The notes: generated by a model from the sequence alone, not told the origin. 64,000 bases of DNA from Dicyema japonicum (GCA_011109175.1 RDEW01000010.1:727837-791836); one strand, 5' to 3'; positions 10,225-23,460 are shown, numbered from the stretch's first letter. A program made the numbers and translations.

Positions 10225-11732
10225 ATGATGTATAAACTTTATGAGTATATAACACAAGTTTTTGCTAATTTAAACATGTAGATTTATGGAATTCAGTTTT
10301 ATTCAAAATTTATTATATTGACAGTGATATACAGAATAATATGCTTTAATTTGATTAAGAAAATTACTCCTCGTTACATTTTTAGCATTTCAGTTGGATT
10401 ATTTTTTATTTTCGAGGAATTTGGCATGTTGTTTTTTTAATTAGAATTAATAGAGAAGGATTGCACTTGCTGGTTTACTCTCTGCTGATATATTTGATTA
10501 TATTGTACTTCCCTCATAATAGGAAAGTCGCCTGCACTTTTGTTACGTCGTTCATCTACTTGGAGGCGCTTCATTTCGCTAAAGCATGGACAAATTACCA
10601 CAGATTAGACACAGTCGGCATTGCTGGGTAAAAAAATTAAAATTATTTAAGCCTAATAATGGTTGCTATACAAAAAAACAACAGCCCTGATAATGTCCTA
10701 CAACGATACTTACTACAACGATAAGGTTGAAGAAGAAAATAAAAAATATGTCCTCAAGTTTTCTCAATTTTTATTTTCAGGAAATCTCCGTCTTTTTTAC
10801 AATTTCTGGCGTACATTTTCAGCTTCCATGGAACATGGATGGGTCCCTTCTTTCACTTCAATGACTACATTGCCTTCATCGAATCTGTTAAAGTAATCCT
10901 TAACACTCTCATGTAAAGGAACCGAAACTGTGCTTAAAAACTGTGTCCATAAAGTTGACCTCTTCGTATTTTATAGTATATTTGCTCAAATTTTTTCATG
11001 GTTACTCAAATCCATTGTGGATTCACGGTTTTAATTATTTTTATTCCGAAGGAAAATCAACTGAAATAAATTCACTTTTTTCGTTTTTTCGGTATTACTT
11101 TTACGCATATCTGTGCATTTTTGTAGTCAGACTTGAATATTACTTTTTCTGGGTGTTATGTTAAAGTGTAGTTTATTTTAGCCGATGGTCTGTTTAATTT
11201 ACTAGGATTTGGATACGATGAGGATACTGATACGTGGTCGATGACGACGAACGTGAATATTTTTGGTTTTGAGGTATTTTGTTAATCGACTTAAGTTTCC
11301 CACTTCAATTCAGAAAGCTGTGTCTTGCTGGAACACGAGCACTGTGAAATGGCTTAAGTATATTATATACAGTAGAAATATATCGTATAAACGAATTAAG
11401 CTGTTCTTGTTTTGTGCAGCCTGGCATGGAGTTTACCCAGGTTACTACATTTTTTTCATGAACTTTTATATGTTCATATACAGTGCCATCAAAGTACAAT
11501 GTTTGGTCACGTTAGATGCATAAGTTCGCCAGACGAAAAAATATCTCACGAGTATTGTCAGCAGCAGTGCAATCCTCTTGGGCTCTGATTTCTATTGGTT
11601 ACATCTCTCTTCCATATGTTGTCCTTACTCTAACTAATACGTTTGAAATTTACTGGTAAAAAATATAATTATTGAAGGTCACTTGGTTTTTTCCTACATT
11701 TGGTAGCTTTAATACCCATTTTGATACTTTAA
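10225..11732 (+). CDS. Membrane-bound O-acyltransferase, MBOAT1/2 (Oysgedart)-like lysophospholipid acyltransferase; 10 exons
   Basis: Spliced reading gives PSFLQFLAYIFSFHGTWMGP, WNTSTVKWLK and AAWHGVYPGYY (catalytic His). Nine GT-AG introns of 24, 26, 24, 23, 26, 22, 22, 22 and 22 nt. One extra A in the A7 run at ~10672-10678 breaks the frame. Confidence 0.88.
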
Positions 11733-12459
11733 TGTTTATATACTAAAAATAATTTTAGAAATTAATCACATGTTTTCTTGGTTAGTTCTTATCTTTTATT
11801 TTATTTGTCTGTGTTTACTGATTATGTTTGATTTCTCTTGTGCTATCTTGTGTGAGAAAAAACATTAGAAGAACATGTCAAAACTAACGAAAGAAGAAAA
11901 TACCCTCAATAAATACGACAAAATCAACAAATGGAAATTGGTAATTTATTGCACAGCATGTATATGGGATTCTATTTTTTTCCAAAATGACCAAAACTGG
12001 CTTCAACGTAATCATTGGCTTGCATGCGAATCATGTCTCTTACCAAAAATGTCATTTAACCGAGTTTTTGCAGCGGACCATGTTTTAGAGAAAGCAACAT
12101 ATTGAATTAATCATCCGCTTATTCTGTTCCATTACCGACGTAATATGAACGTTAAATTCTAAGACAAAAAAATTAGATAAAGCAACTCTAAAATCTACAT
12201 ATGGAGTGTGGGCATCTATTTTTCAGAAAATCTTGCACCCTTTATTTTCATTCTCTACACCTGTCAATCTTTATCTAAGATGGTTCTTCTTTTTTTTACC
12301 GAATCGTCAAAGACAAACATTATAAAGTTTTCAGATATTTGAACTGAAATACTTTTATGAAATCTTTTCCAAAAATAATTTTTTAGAATCTACTTAAAAA
12401 ACTCGAATTAACTTTGGCGAAACCGGTCTCAAATCATATTTTGATTCCAAGACAACCGT

Positions 12460-12870
12460 TAACCTGAAAAAACAAACTAAGTGATCCTGACAAATTTCAT
12501 CTAGCTCTCAGCTTGGCTTGATATTCTTTTCTCAATCACAAGGTCGTTGAGGTCAGGTTTTCTCCTGATCACGTTTGATCTGTCTCCTCCGTTATTCCTT
12601 CGGATTAGGTTCTCCAGGAGTGTCAGCATCATGTTCTTTTAGTTGCTAGATCACTTCTCTTTTACTCCAAAAGTCCTTTTTTATGTAGCCACGATTTTCC
12701 GTGAATTAGTCAAAATATGTAAGGTCCCCATGAGACACATGCATAGGAAATACACGGTTCAATGTATTAAGAGTAAAGTGTTTTTGTAGTCCGGGATGGT
12801 TCCTAATTTTCCATACCTCCATTAGGCTTTTCAAAAGGTTGATTTTTTCTCACATTTGTTTAGCATAATT
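12460..12870 (-). mobile_element. Vingi-like LINE 3' fragment
   Basis: Ends ...CAGGATCACTTAGTTTGTTTT, like the other family 3' ends. Confidence 0.5.
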
Positions 12871-13195
12871 CCAACGTGCCACGAGAAACATATATGCGTA
12901 TCATAGCCCACTGTCTTATTGTAAAATTATTTCAGCAAGGATAAATAATTAGAACTTAATGAATGTTAAAGAAATATATGAGTTTTTTATGATTGAAATC
13001 CATTATATAAAGTCACATTAGTTGTTGCTTCTGAAAAATAAAACGTTCTTTTTAACTCGATTTTGGTAAAAGGATGCATAAGGTTACTTATCTTCTCTCT
13101 TGGAGCATAAAAATTAAATCGTAGCAAAATAATAAAAGAGATAAATTGAGCGCTGATTAAAAATTGATTAGATTTAATGATGTAATCAAAAAAAA

Positions 13196-13473
13196 GTTAT
13201 TTCAGTTTAATTCGCTACCGATTTACTCCTGTTGCGCCCGAATCATCGGGAGCCGTTGGTCCAATGACAGCTGAGTTCTTGCGAGAACTCGGAGGATTGC
13301 TTGCCAGAAAGAAAAGGGATCAACGAGAAGGGTTATGGCTAAGACAAAATATTGGAATAGCCATACTTCGAGGGAACTCGTTCGCAATCCACGCAGCAGG
13401 CTTCCTCAACTGACATTTGTTTAATTGTTAAAAAAAATTTTTGTTTTATAAAAAAAAAGTTTAATTTTTTAAC
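13196..13473 (+). mobile_element. 5'-truncated CRE copy with 14-nt target-site duplication
   Basis: RYRFTPVAPESSG...LRQNIGIAILRGNS*. GTAATCAAAAAAAA at 13182-13195 and 13474-13487. Confidence 0.85.
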
Positions 13474-13519
13474 GTAATCAAAAAAAATAATAATAAAGAT
13501 ATCTGAATTAATATTAATT

Positions 13520-14110
13520 AACTGGTCCTTTATTCGAATTTTTCCTATGGTGTTGGTATTTCAATATAAGTTTCAAGTTCGTACATCTCATCATCATTAT
13601 CCTTGAGGGTGTTGAAAACAATAATGAATAATGCCCGAAATTGTTTATATAAATTTATCTAAATGTATTAAATTAACCATAACCAAAATTCAAGCTCTGA
13701 ATTATCGTTGCGATCTTATGATTGTCAACAGCATTTGAAAAAAAATTAGGATTGAAGCATGATGAGCGGCAATCGTTTAGATTTTCCATCTAAAATTTAA
13801 ATTTATAATTTGTTTAAGCAAAAATATAAATCCAATTTTAAACAAATGGTTCCCAAGAATTTTAGAATAAACTCTAAAAAATATTAAAATCAAAAAAATC
13901 ATAAATATAAAATCAATTTAATATAAATTTCTAATCTTTGAGGACACAATAACTTAGTCTTTGAATTTTTCCATTTTCAGATTGGGCATACAATTAACTC
14001 TAAGATTTAAAAGAGATAAGATATAAGTTAGATAATACTGAAATTTTTTTATAAACTATTTATTTGAAACAAAATCAAAAACAATTATCACAATTCAGTT
14101 TTATTACACT
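13520..14110 (-). pseudogene. Copy 3 of the Cys-rich orphan gene/repeat
   Basis: TTTTAG-ATG at 13789, MENLNDCRSSCFNP..., frameshifted; upstream region homologous to 4200-4430. Confidence 0.4.
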
Positions 14111-14129
14111 GACCTTCTTTGCCCATCCA

Positions 14130-14430
14130 ACATTTTCGGGGGTCAGCAGACGCACTGTATACAGCGGAAAAACGATGAGGGAAGGTAGAATTACGAAGCG
14201 CTACGCGACCGATTCGCGTTCTACCTCATTGTTATTAAGACGACTGGAAGAATAAGTAAAAAATCGATTTGTTTCTTAAAGAAATTTGGACCCTAGCTAC
14301 AGTAAAAAGCCACGACGCACGTGAGGCCCGGTGGCTTCTTCAGCTGATCTCTGTTGCAATCGTGAGAGGCAACGCAACGTCGATAATGTCGGCGGGGACC
14401 ACGTTTGGTGTATTTTTGTGTTGATTAATT
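14130..14430 (+). mobile_element. CRE 3' fragment
   Basis: KSHDAREARWLLQLISVAIVRGNATSIMSAG. Confidence 0.85.
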
Positions 14431-14449
14431 GATTGATTTTAATAACTTG

Positions 14450-15420
14450 TGTTAAATTTTTTTTATTAATCAGAAAAGAAAAAGATTAGCAAGACTAAAA
14501 TTACTTTTCCCGTCCACTTTTGAATTTCTTCGCCTTGAATTTCTGAATCTTTCATTCTCTTCTATCTCATTCATACTTTCTGACACATTTGGAAAATAAT
14601 AATTTAGGAATGTAAGACTCTCATCTGACAGCTTTGGCTAAATGTCTTAAAATTGATAATAACCGATTTCTCAAATCCTGATTCACTTTTTTGTTCCGAT
14701 AATATTGATTTTTTATAAATCTCTATCTGTCTTTTTAATTCTTTTTCAATGTCATCTGTAATTTCAAATCCGAAACTCGGCTTTACTCCAGTCCAAGTTC
14801 TGCTATTAATTAAATATAGTACCCTGATCCTAAAAAATGCTATGTTTGGTTTAGTAGTATTGCTAAAATTTTATAAAAATTATTTTACATTTGCATTCGC
14901 AGAAGGTTTCAAAATTAAAGCACGTATAGCAATAATTTTCTTGATTTCTCATCTAGAAATTAAATTTATGATTTTATGAAAAATATTTAAATAAAACCTA
15001 TTTGTGCAGAGTATTTTATCTATGAAATTTTTAACGCTTTGAAATATTTATGTTAGTCGATGATAAAATATTTTATGGAGTTTCAGTAACCACCAATTTG
15101 CGATAAATAATTTATTGTTGTTTAATATGTAAACGATGAACGAGATCATCTACTGGATTCTCGAATTACTTTATTTATTCAACTTCATTCATGTTTTGAG
15201 TTTAAAAAGTGATAATAAATAAATAGATCTCACGAAATTTAAAATTATCCTGAAAACTAAAAAAGCATAAATCAACTGTGATTCTACTCTTCAAGTACAC
15301 AAAACCTTACATTTCTTTCAATTTCTATATTATAAGATTAGGCAGATGATTCATCTAAGATTAAACATAAGATTACATAAAGAGATAAAATTGAAAATTT
15401 TTTAATAAACTTTATATTTG
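14450..15420 (-). pseudogene. Copy 2 of the Cys-rich orphan gene/repeat
   Basis: ATG at 14952, MRNQENYCYTCFNFETFCECK; candidate introns 14863-14888 and 14803-14822; in-frame stop in exon 2. Confidence 0.45.
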
Positions 15421-15559
15421 AAACACTTAGCTGGGGTGTTGACGTCCATCAATTGTGCCTATTTCTAATGCACAGGCTGGAGAAAATTTACTTAACAAAA
15501 AACAATTCCTATGCAAAGTAAAAAATTAAATTTGTGGTTCGACGTTTTTTTTGTTGTGA

Positions 15560-15990
15560 TTATGCCTGTTGTGAGAAAAGCACCTAAAAAGAATGTTTCC
15601 ATTTCGAGGAAATTGGTATCGGCCAAGTCATCGGAGATATGCTCATCTTGTCGGCTTGTCAGAACTCGGAAGCGTGGATCTCCTGATCTGCTTGTGAAGA
15701 TTTCTTCCATCTCGAGTGTATCAAGCTATCCCAAACCGAAGCGAGCGTGCTTGGAGAATGGCACTTCCAGCCATTCCTTGGACTATGCAGGGAGGTTCCA
15801 CGTTAACTCTCCGGTTAAACCCATCAACCATGGAACTCGAAACATTTTTCCACGGACTATCCCTGTGAAGATCCTCAAGACCATGCGACCTCGCTGCGGA
15901 TGCCCTTTCCAAAAACGATCGAGATCCCTCCGGACCAACGCAGTACAGGATTGGTGCGCCTATGAGAAAATATTATTGGAAATTTACTAA
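15560..15990 (+). mobile_element. CRE 5' fragment including PHD finger
   Basis: CSSC...SACEDFFHLECIKLSQ...EWH, then AADALSK/RSLRTNAVQDW matching the region after RIPKASR in the intact copy. Confidence 0.65.
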
Positions 15991-16119
15991 CCACTGATTT
16001 AAATCTAAATAATTTATTATGAATTACTAAAATGAAATTATAATGTAAACTTCGTAAGAAATCATTGACAAGATACTCTGATTGCTTATATATTTTCTAT
16101 TTCCTTTATTTTTTGTAAT

Positions 16120-16560
16120 GAAATAAAAGCGATTTAAACAAATTGTTCTCAAGAATTTTAGAATCAACATAAAAATAAAAATGGCATAAATCAAAAAAAA
16201 TCATTAATTCAAAATCATGGCAACTATGTCAGATGCCACCAACGTTAATGTGGAGCTAGTAGCTACTTGAATTGAAGATTTTATGTTTTTTCTTCTGTTC
16301 TTCTTCCCTTTGGCTCCAAAGAGATTGAATGGTTACCGTAATTATATCCAAATATAATGATTCTATTCTTTAAGGGCACAAAAACTTAAAAGTCTTTGAA
16401 TTTTCCCATTTTAAGATTGGGCGTATACTTAACACCTAAGATTTAAAAAAGATAAGATATAAGTGAAATAAAGCTGAAAACTTTTTATAAACTATTTATT
16501 CGAAACAAAATAAAGGACATTATCACATTTCATGTTTTATTAAAGTGAATTCTAAGAAAA
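16120..16560. repeat. AT-rich repeat homologous to 13830-14110 with a ~140 nt insertion
   Basis: Shared AAACAAAT(T/G)GTTC..AAGAATTTTAGAAT and GTCTTTGAATTTT.CCATTTT.AGATTGGGC. Confidence 0.7.
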
Positions 16561-17106
16561 CAATTTCACAATTTCTGTTTTGACAAATCAATTTTTTTAT
16601 ATCTTTGTTTTTTAAATAATGATTTTGATTTGATTTCTAAGTTTTAATTTGAACCAGATTTCTTGAAGTCAATTTCATGCATCTTATAACTGAAGATTAC
16701 GTATGTGCTTTCTTAACTTGATTCTGATAAGAAACGGGGACATTGCGTTTCAATGTCGTCCATTTTATAAAATTATATGCCTTCTTCCAGTCTACAACAA
16801 TCTGAAGAGTAACCATACTTAACGGTCCTTTTTCTTAGGTTCTACCTTTTAACTTTTTATATTGTCCTAAACTAACAAAATCGTTTGTTGGTACGATATG
16901 GAATAACATTATTAAAACTCATTTGGTTTATAGCTACATTTTTTAGTTTCAATAGCTATTTTAAAGCTTCAATTTTATAAATTAATAATTGTTATTTTTT
17001 GTAATTAACCACACGTTATCAGTAGTTAGTAAAATGAAAAAATTGAATTTTTTTCACATAATTGGATTAATTTAGAGTTTAACAAAAAGTCTTATTATTA
17101 TACATA

Positions 17107-17410
17107 CAGTACAATCCTGCCCCCAATAAAACCCCGGCTTAGGGCACCTATGGAGAACTTTTTTTATAAAGTTCATTTTATGATAGTTTATTTAATTCCG
17201 ATCAATAGAATAATAATAAATATATTGACCTCGCTTATTATAAAAATTTTATTTATTATTCTATTCTAATTTTTAAACAATGCTAAAAAAGCTTTCTTGT
17301 ACTGTGAAGCAAAAAAATTTTGAAGTCTTAGCAAGGAACTCTATGTCAGAAAAGGAAATATCTAAGATGTATAAAGTTGGGAAAGGAACGGTATCTTGAT
17401 TAAAAATGGA
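17107..17410 (+). mobile_element. Tigger/pogo left end
   Basis: TA-CAGTACAATCCTGCCCCCAATAAAACCCC matches the TIR at 8823; psq-type HTH remnant (KEISKMYKVGKGTVS). Confidence 0.7.
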
Positions 17411-17529
17411 GACTATCCAGGGATTCTGCAAACTTTATTAGAAGTCTTATATAAAAACTATGAATCAGATCTTTAAGAAGTAAAAAGCAGTTATTGAGTC
17501 ACTGGTCAATCCTTAGTTTTTAAACCAAG

Positions 17530-17950
17530 ATCGCTGTTACCGGAACTAATTAATATAAGTGATCTGGAGGCGATTAAATAGCATCCTTAGCTTGACGCAG
17601 TGTGCGTCCATTCAGCCCACACTAGTCCGAACTGGTAGAGGAACTGTCCGGTTCCGATAGAAGAGACAAATACCTAAATTCTTCTGGTCAGAACATTTCA
17701 CTCTAGGCGTCAACTTCATGTTACATTAAGAGCTTTTTTCTAGATGATTGCAATCCTAACAGTATTGGTCTTATTTATTTAATTAATTTAACACCCAAGA
17801 CCACGGTAAAATTAAAACTAACTATCACGTGATCCCGATGCGCTCCGCAAAAATCCTCATTCTTTTTCGGTGCTCCTCCCTCATACCCACACAAGCTCGT
17901 ACAGGGCGATATTGTAAGCATTGGGCATATCAGTGACCTTTCGTCATTCT
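17530..17950 (-). mobile_element. Two adjacent Vingi-like 3' fragments
   Basis: PVRTSVG...RLQIT and RPVRACVG...ERIGIT ends. The second has the 3' UTR TAGTTTTAATTTTACCGTGGTCTTGGGTGTT. Confidence 0.7.
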
Positions 17951-17954
17951 TAAC

Positions 17955-18538
17955 TTGAGTCAGTCAGATGGAGTTTTAGTATCAAATGCTAAACATTATG
18001 TCAACAATCCGGATATTAAGTTTCAATTAACGAAAATCATATTAAATTATTCGCAAATAGTAGATCTTCTTAAATTTCGGAGTGTTGTGACTACTCAATC
18101 AATCGGGCATATTATGATATACAAGGACTACATTTTGATAATGACAAGGCAAATATCAAAAATTATATAAATAAAAGAATGGAGGCAAATGGATTTAAAC
18201 CTATTATTAAAATGACTGAACCAAAAATTAGCCAACAAGATTATTTTTCTCTTACACGCTGTCAGGCATCCTCTGCATCTGTTGAAAGAGCTATTAAAAT
18301 GCTAAAAAATATTTTAAAAAAGGATAGGAACTTCCATCCAGACAATATCAAGCATTACCTTTTATTATATTACAATAAATAAAATTTAAATGTTATTATT
18401 TTAAGTTATAGATTTTACAATTTTAAATGCTAGATTTTATCATTTTAAGTGCTAATTTTTATAATTATAATTGCTAGATTTTGTGATTTTTAGCGCTAAA
18501 AAATTTTTTTTAACTGCTAGAAACAACTTTCCCTACTA
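17955..18538 (+). mobile_element. hAT-like (CGGBP-related) transposon 3' remnant
   Basis: ASSASVERAIKMLKNILKKDRNFHPDN; subterminal TGCTAG-type repeats; end ...TTTCCCTACTA. Confidence 0.6.
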
Positions 18539-20093
18539 ATGACGTTTAACGTACGTGGAATATCGAAAGATTGGACAAGGAAAGTACTTTGTGACGATCT
18601 CAAGAAATACAAAATATCTATTGGCTGCCTACAAGAGACGAAAATCGAAAATGGACGCGATGAGACATGGAACAACTACCGACTGATTTTCTTCTCAACT
18701 GAATGCAAGCACTACGGCATGGGATTTGCCCTATACGTGGATTACCTCAAAAAATTACATCGCTATTTGGAGAGTCAACGACCGAATATGTGTCCTACAA
18801 GTCAAACTAAATGAACTATGCCCGTCCAAGAGTCTATTAACTGTCATAAATGTCTATGCACCACACTGTGGACAAGTAATCAAGAACCCCGGTGAGCTCG
18901 ATGATTTCTACTCAGAACTATCAAGCACATACTCTAATAAGGCTTCCTCGTCTTGTCTTTGTTGCGGGAGATATGAATGCAAAGGCCGAAATGCGAATGG
19001 GGCCCGAAGAATCCTCTATTGGAAGACACGGGCGCGGAAGAAGAAATGCATCTGGAGCCTCTCTGGTGAACTTCTGCGAGGCAATAGCCGTTTCCTGTGC
19101 AACACGGCTTTCACGCACTCAGCTTGCAACAAGACGACGTGGCACGGACAAAGAAAAAACTCTGTCGGAGAGACCGTGAACATATATAATCAAATCGACT
19201 ACATTATCTGCCGAAAGTCTGATAAACACCTGATAAATGATGCATGCTCCTACCAGGGAACAACAACTGACAGCGACCACAGGATCGTCATTGCAAAACT
19301 TTTTGTAAAAAAGCACCTGACTGGAAAAAAATACATTGAAAACGTGAAGAAAACGAGACAAAAGCACAATATGTACTTTCAGACAGAAAAAATGTGTTTA
19401 GAGCCCACTTGCAGAGCTAAATATCAAATAAATCGAGACTCTTATGGAGAAAACCGCACCGGAATCATCAGCACGAACTCTGTGGGATCAAACAAAGCGG
19501 GTAATCTCCAGGTTGGCCAATATATGCCTTGGAGTCCGAAGTCATTACGCCCTAAAATTGGATCACCACCCGAACGTGCCAGATATGGCAAAGTATTGCG
19601 GAGAGCTACGGCTAAAAACGGCAAACACGTCAGACGAAAATAAAAAAAAGAGCTTAATATCCAACAAAGGGAACTAAATGGAAAATCAAAAAGATGAACA
19701 GAAAATACTCACTGGAAATTATTACATCACTATTAAAAGATGTTGAATGCCTAAAGGACAATTCATGGATGTATGCGGCTTTGCGGCTGCTGCGGACAAA
19801 GAAATGACAAAACACCCTTCACATCAAAGACAAAGAAAATGCACGACACTTCGAAACATTGTTGAATAAAGAAAATAAGGACTTTCCCTTTTTCCAGGGA
19901 GAAGCAAAGGCGTTAAAAATCCCAATCAAAGTGGAAGAGGTGGAATTAACGATAAATAAACTGAAGAAAGGAGACATATAAGAGACATCTTATGCGGATG
20001 ATGTGGATTTTGTATCACGGGACGTGACCGCACTCCAACACCTACTAGAAAATGCACCTGCGGAGCTTGAGAAATGGTCTCTCAGCGTAAATG
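18539..20093 (+). mobile_element. RTE-clade LINE copy A (APE plus deleted RT)
   Basis: TFNVRG, CLQETK, NVYAPH, QIDYII, SDHR; two internal deletions relative to copy B; ends at the N at 20094. Confidence 0.85.
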
Positions 20094-20094
20094 N

Positions 20095-22725
20095 AACTAA
20101 ATGAACTATGCCCGTCCAAGAGTCTATAACCGTCATAAATGTCTATGCACCACACTGTGGACGAGTAATCAAGAACCCCGGTGAACTCGAGGAATTCTAC
20201 TCAGAACTATCAAGCACATACTCTAAAGCTTCCTCGTCCTTGTCTTTGTTGCGGGAGATATGAATGCAAAGGCCGGAATGCGAATGGGGCCCGAAGAATC
20301 CTCTATTGGAAGACACGGGCGCGGAAGGAGAAATGCATCTGGAGCCTCTCTGGTAAACTTCTGCGAGGCAATAGCCTTTTCCTGTGCAACACGGCCTTTA
20401 CGCACTCAGCTTGCCACAAGACGACGTGGCACGGACAAAGAAAAAACTCTGTCGGAGAGACCGTGAATATATATAATCAAATCGACTACATTATCTGCCG
20501 AAAGTCTGATAAACACCTGATAAATGATGCACGTTCCTACCAGGGAAACAACTGACAGCGACCACAGGATCGTCATTGCAAAACTTTTGTAAAAAAGCAC
20601 CTGACTGGGAAAAAATACATTGAAAACGCGAAGAAGGCGAGACAAAACCCAATATATACTTTCAGACAGAAAAATTGTGGTTAGAGCCCACTTGTAGAGC
20701 TAAATATCACGAACAAATCGAGACTCTTATGGTGAAAACCGCACCGGAATCATCAGTACGAACTCTGTGGGATCAAACAAACAGGCAATCTCCAAGTCGG
20801 CCAAATATGCCTTGGAGTCCGAAATCATCACGCCCTAAAATTGGATCACCACCCGAACGTGCCAAATATGGCAAAGCATTGCAGAGAGCTACGACTAAAA
20901 GCGGCAAACACGTCAGACGAGAGTAAAAAAAAGAGCTTAATATCCAACAAAGGGAACTAAAGTGGAAAATCAAAAAGATGAACAGAAAACACTCACGGGA
21001 AATTATTACATCCCTATTAAAAGATGTGGAATGCCTAAAAGACAATTCAAGGATGTATGCGGCTTTGCGGCTGCTGCGGACAAAGAAAGGACAAAACATC
21101 CTTCACATCAAAGACAAAGATGGAAAATTCGTGGGTAACCCGAAAGAAAAAGCAGAATTGATTGCACGACACTTCGAAACACTGTTGAATAAAGAAAATA
21201 ATGACTTTCCCCCTTTCCAAGGAGAAACAAAGGCGCTAAAAATCCCAATCACAGTGGAAGAGGTGGAATTAGCGATAAATAAACTGAAGAACAACAAGAG
21301 TGCTGGGCCGGACAACATTAGCCCTGAGCTCCTAAAATATGGGCCAAAAAAACTTAGCGACACAATTGCAAAAACCCTAAATGACGTCTTTGAAACTAAT
21401 ACCGATCTAGGACTTGGAAATGGATTATTAATACCCATACAAAAACCGAACAAATCAAAAGGACCAGTAGAAAATCTCCGCCCGATAATACTTCTGAATT
21501 CGATACGCAAGGTGCTGGCAAACATTGCACTAAGCCGGATAAAGAGTGGCGGATCTATACCTACCAGCAAGTCAAAGTGGGTTCCGAGAAGGGAGGTCTA
21601 CGGCAGACATTGTATGGAGCCACAGATGGCGCTGCGCAAACGCACCAAAGATTCAAGAGCGCAACGACCGTGTTGGGAATAGATCTCTCCAGAGCTTTCG
21701 TCTCAATAAACAGACAGAAACTGATGAATGTGCTTGAGCAAATACTGTATAAATCGTCCGTTAGGAAAATCAGACTACTATTGGCGAACACAAGATTATT
21801 TGTCAAAATAGAAAGAGCAACTTCCCGCAGTTTTAAAACAACGATTGGGACACCCCAGGGTGATTCCCTCTCCCCTTTACTATTCACCATATACCTTGAA
21901 TCTGCACTCCGTGACCTCCGAAAATGCTATATAGGAGACATATAAGAGACATCTTATGCGGATGATGTGGATTTTGTATCACGGGACGTGACCGCACTCC
22001 AACACCTACTAGAAAATGCACCTGCGGAGCTTGAGAAATGGTTTCTCAGCGTAAATGTTAACAAAACTGAAATTACGGAAATCAAAAGAGAAGACGATGT
22101 TACTCATGAAAGATGGAGACGTACTAATAAGCTCGGCTCTCCACTAGGAGATGCTGAAGATGTACTAAGGAGGAAAACACTGGCAAATGCGGCAATGGCT
22201 AAACTGAAGAAATGATGGCTAAGGGCCAAAAGACTTGGAATTGACATCAGATGCAGGTTTTACAATGCGTTTGTGAAACCAATCCTACTGTACAACACTG
22301 GGACATGGGGAAGTTCCTTCAACGAACTATTGAAAATGGATTCGTTCCATAGAAGGCAACTAAGAAGCTTACTCGGAATGGAGTGGCCACGTAGAATATC
22401 AACCACTGGTATCTACAACAAGTGTATGTGTTCTTACATCAGCAAGGATGTGATAGATGCCCGGTGGAGGCTATTTGGGCATGTACTAAAAATGAACCCG
22501 GACGCACCCGCTAACAAAGCAATGGAAGATTACTTTGACAGTTGCGAAAAATCCTTCCGCGGACGACCTAGATCGACACTTACGCCGACGACCTGGACGA
22601 ATTGAGATCACTCGCATTCGACAGAGGAAGATGGAAAAGACTAACTATAAATATTGTTTCTTTGAGTGTTGCACATGCGGGGCTATAATCATTATGGCTT
22701 TCGTAAAAGTGCCTTAATAATAATA
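20095..22725 (+). mobile_element. RTE-clade LINE copy B, with 3' end and (TAA)n tail
   Basis: LRPIILLN, GFREGRST, IDLSRAF, GTPQGDSLSPLLF, YADD, RWRLFGHVL; multiple frameshifts. Confidence 0.9.
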
Positions 22726-23100
22726 ATTAACACCCAAGACCACGGTAAAACCAAAACTAACTAACACGTGATCCTGATGCGTTCCACCAAAATCCTCATA
22801 ATTTCCCGGTGCTCCTCCCTCGTGCCCACACAAGCTCGTACTGGGCGGCTGACTGTATTTGCAGGGCCACCTTTCCGCATGCCGGAGTTTTGTTTAATGA
22901 GGGCCTCTAGAGTAGTCGGTCCGCTTCTATGTCTCCCACAAAACCACCGCTCCGTCATTCTGAAAGTCTTCTTTTGAACGTCCTCAATTTTCTTATTGTT
23001 CGTCCATGATAATGAAGGTCCCCACGAAGCACACGCGTACGAGAAGCATGGTTCGATGTATTGCTTGTAAATGTTCATCAAGACTGGGTGGGTACCTGTC
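22726..23100 (-). mobile_element. Vingi-like LINE 3' fragment, tail-to-tail with the RTE
   Basis: YKQYIEPCFSYACASWG...RPVRACVGTREEHREIMRILVERIRIT. Confidence 0.8.
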
Positions 23101-23254
23101 TTCTATATTCCAGATAAACATTTTAATACATTGATCCTCTTCTCGACTTCAGAACAATGTTTGCCACGTGTGGTGACAAATGAAATGGCCTTATGATGCG
23201 CGTGACAGATTCGTAATTTTTTTTGTCAACAAATAAAAAATTAATATTTAATTA

Positions 23255-23460
23255 TCACAGCCATCCATCCAAAGTGGACCCCGCCGACATTATCGACGTT
23301 TCGTTGCCTCTCACGATTGCAACAGAGATCAACTGGAGAAGCCATCGGGTCTCACGTGCGTCTTGGCTTTTTAGTGTAGCTAGGCGTCCAAGTTTCTTTA
23401 GGAAGCGAAGCGATTTTCCACTTATTCCTCCAGTGGACACAAAAACGTACAAGTCCTTGA
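23255..23460 (-). mobile_element. CRE 3' fragment
   Basis: STGGISGKSLRFLKKLG...ISVAIVRGNETSIMSAG. Confidence 0.85.

Noticed and set aside
10780-10940. Minus-strand reading VPLHESVKDYFNRFDEG resembling a solute-binding protein C-terminus
   Set aside because: It is the antisense of MBOAT exons and introns
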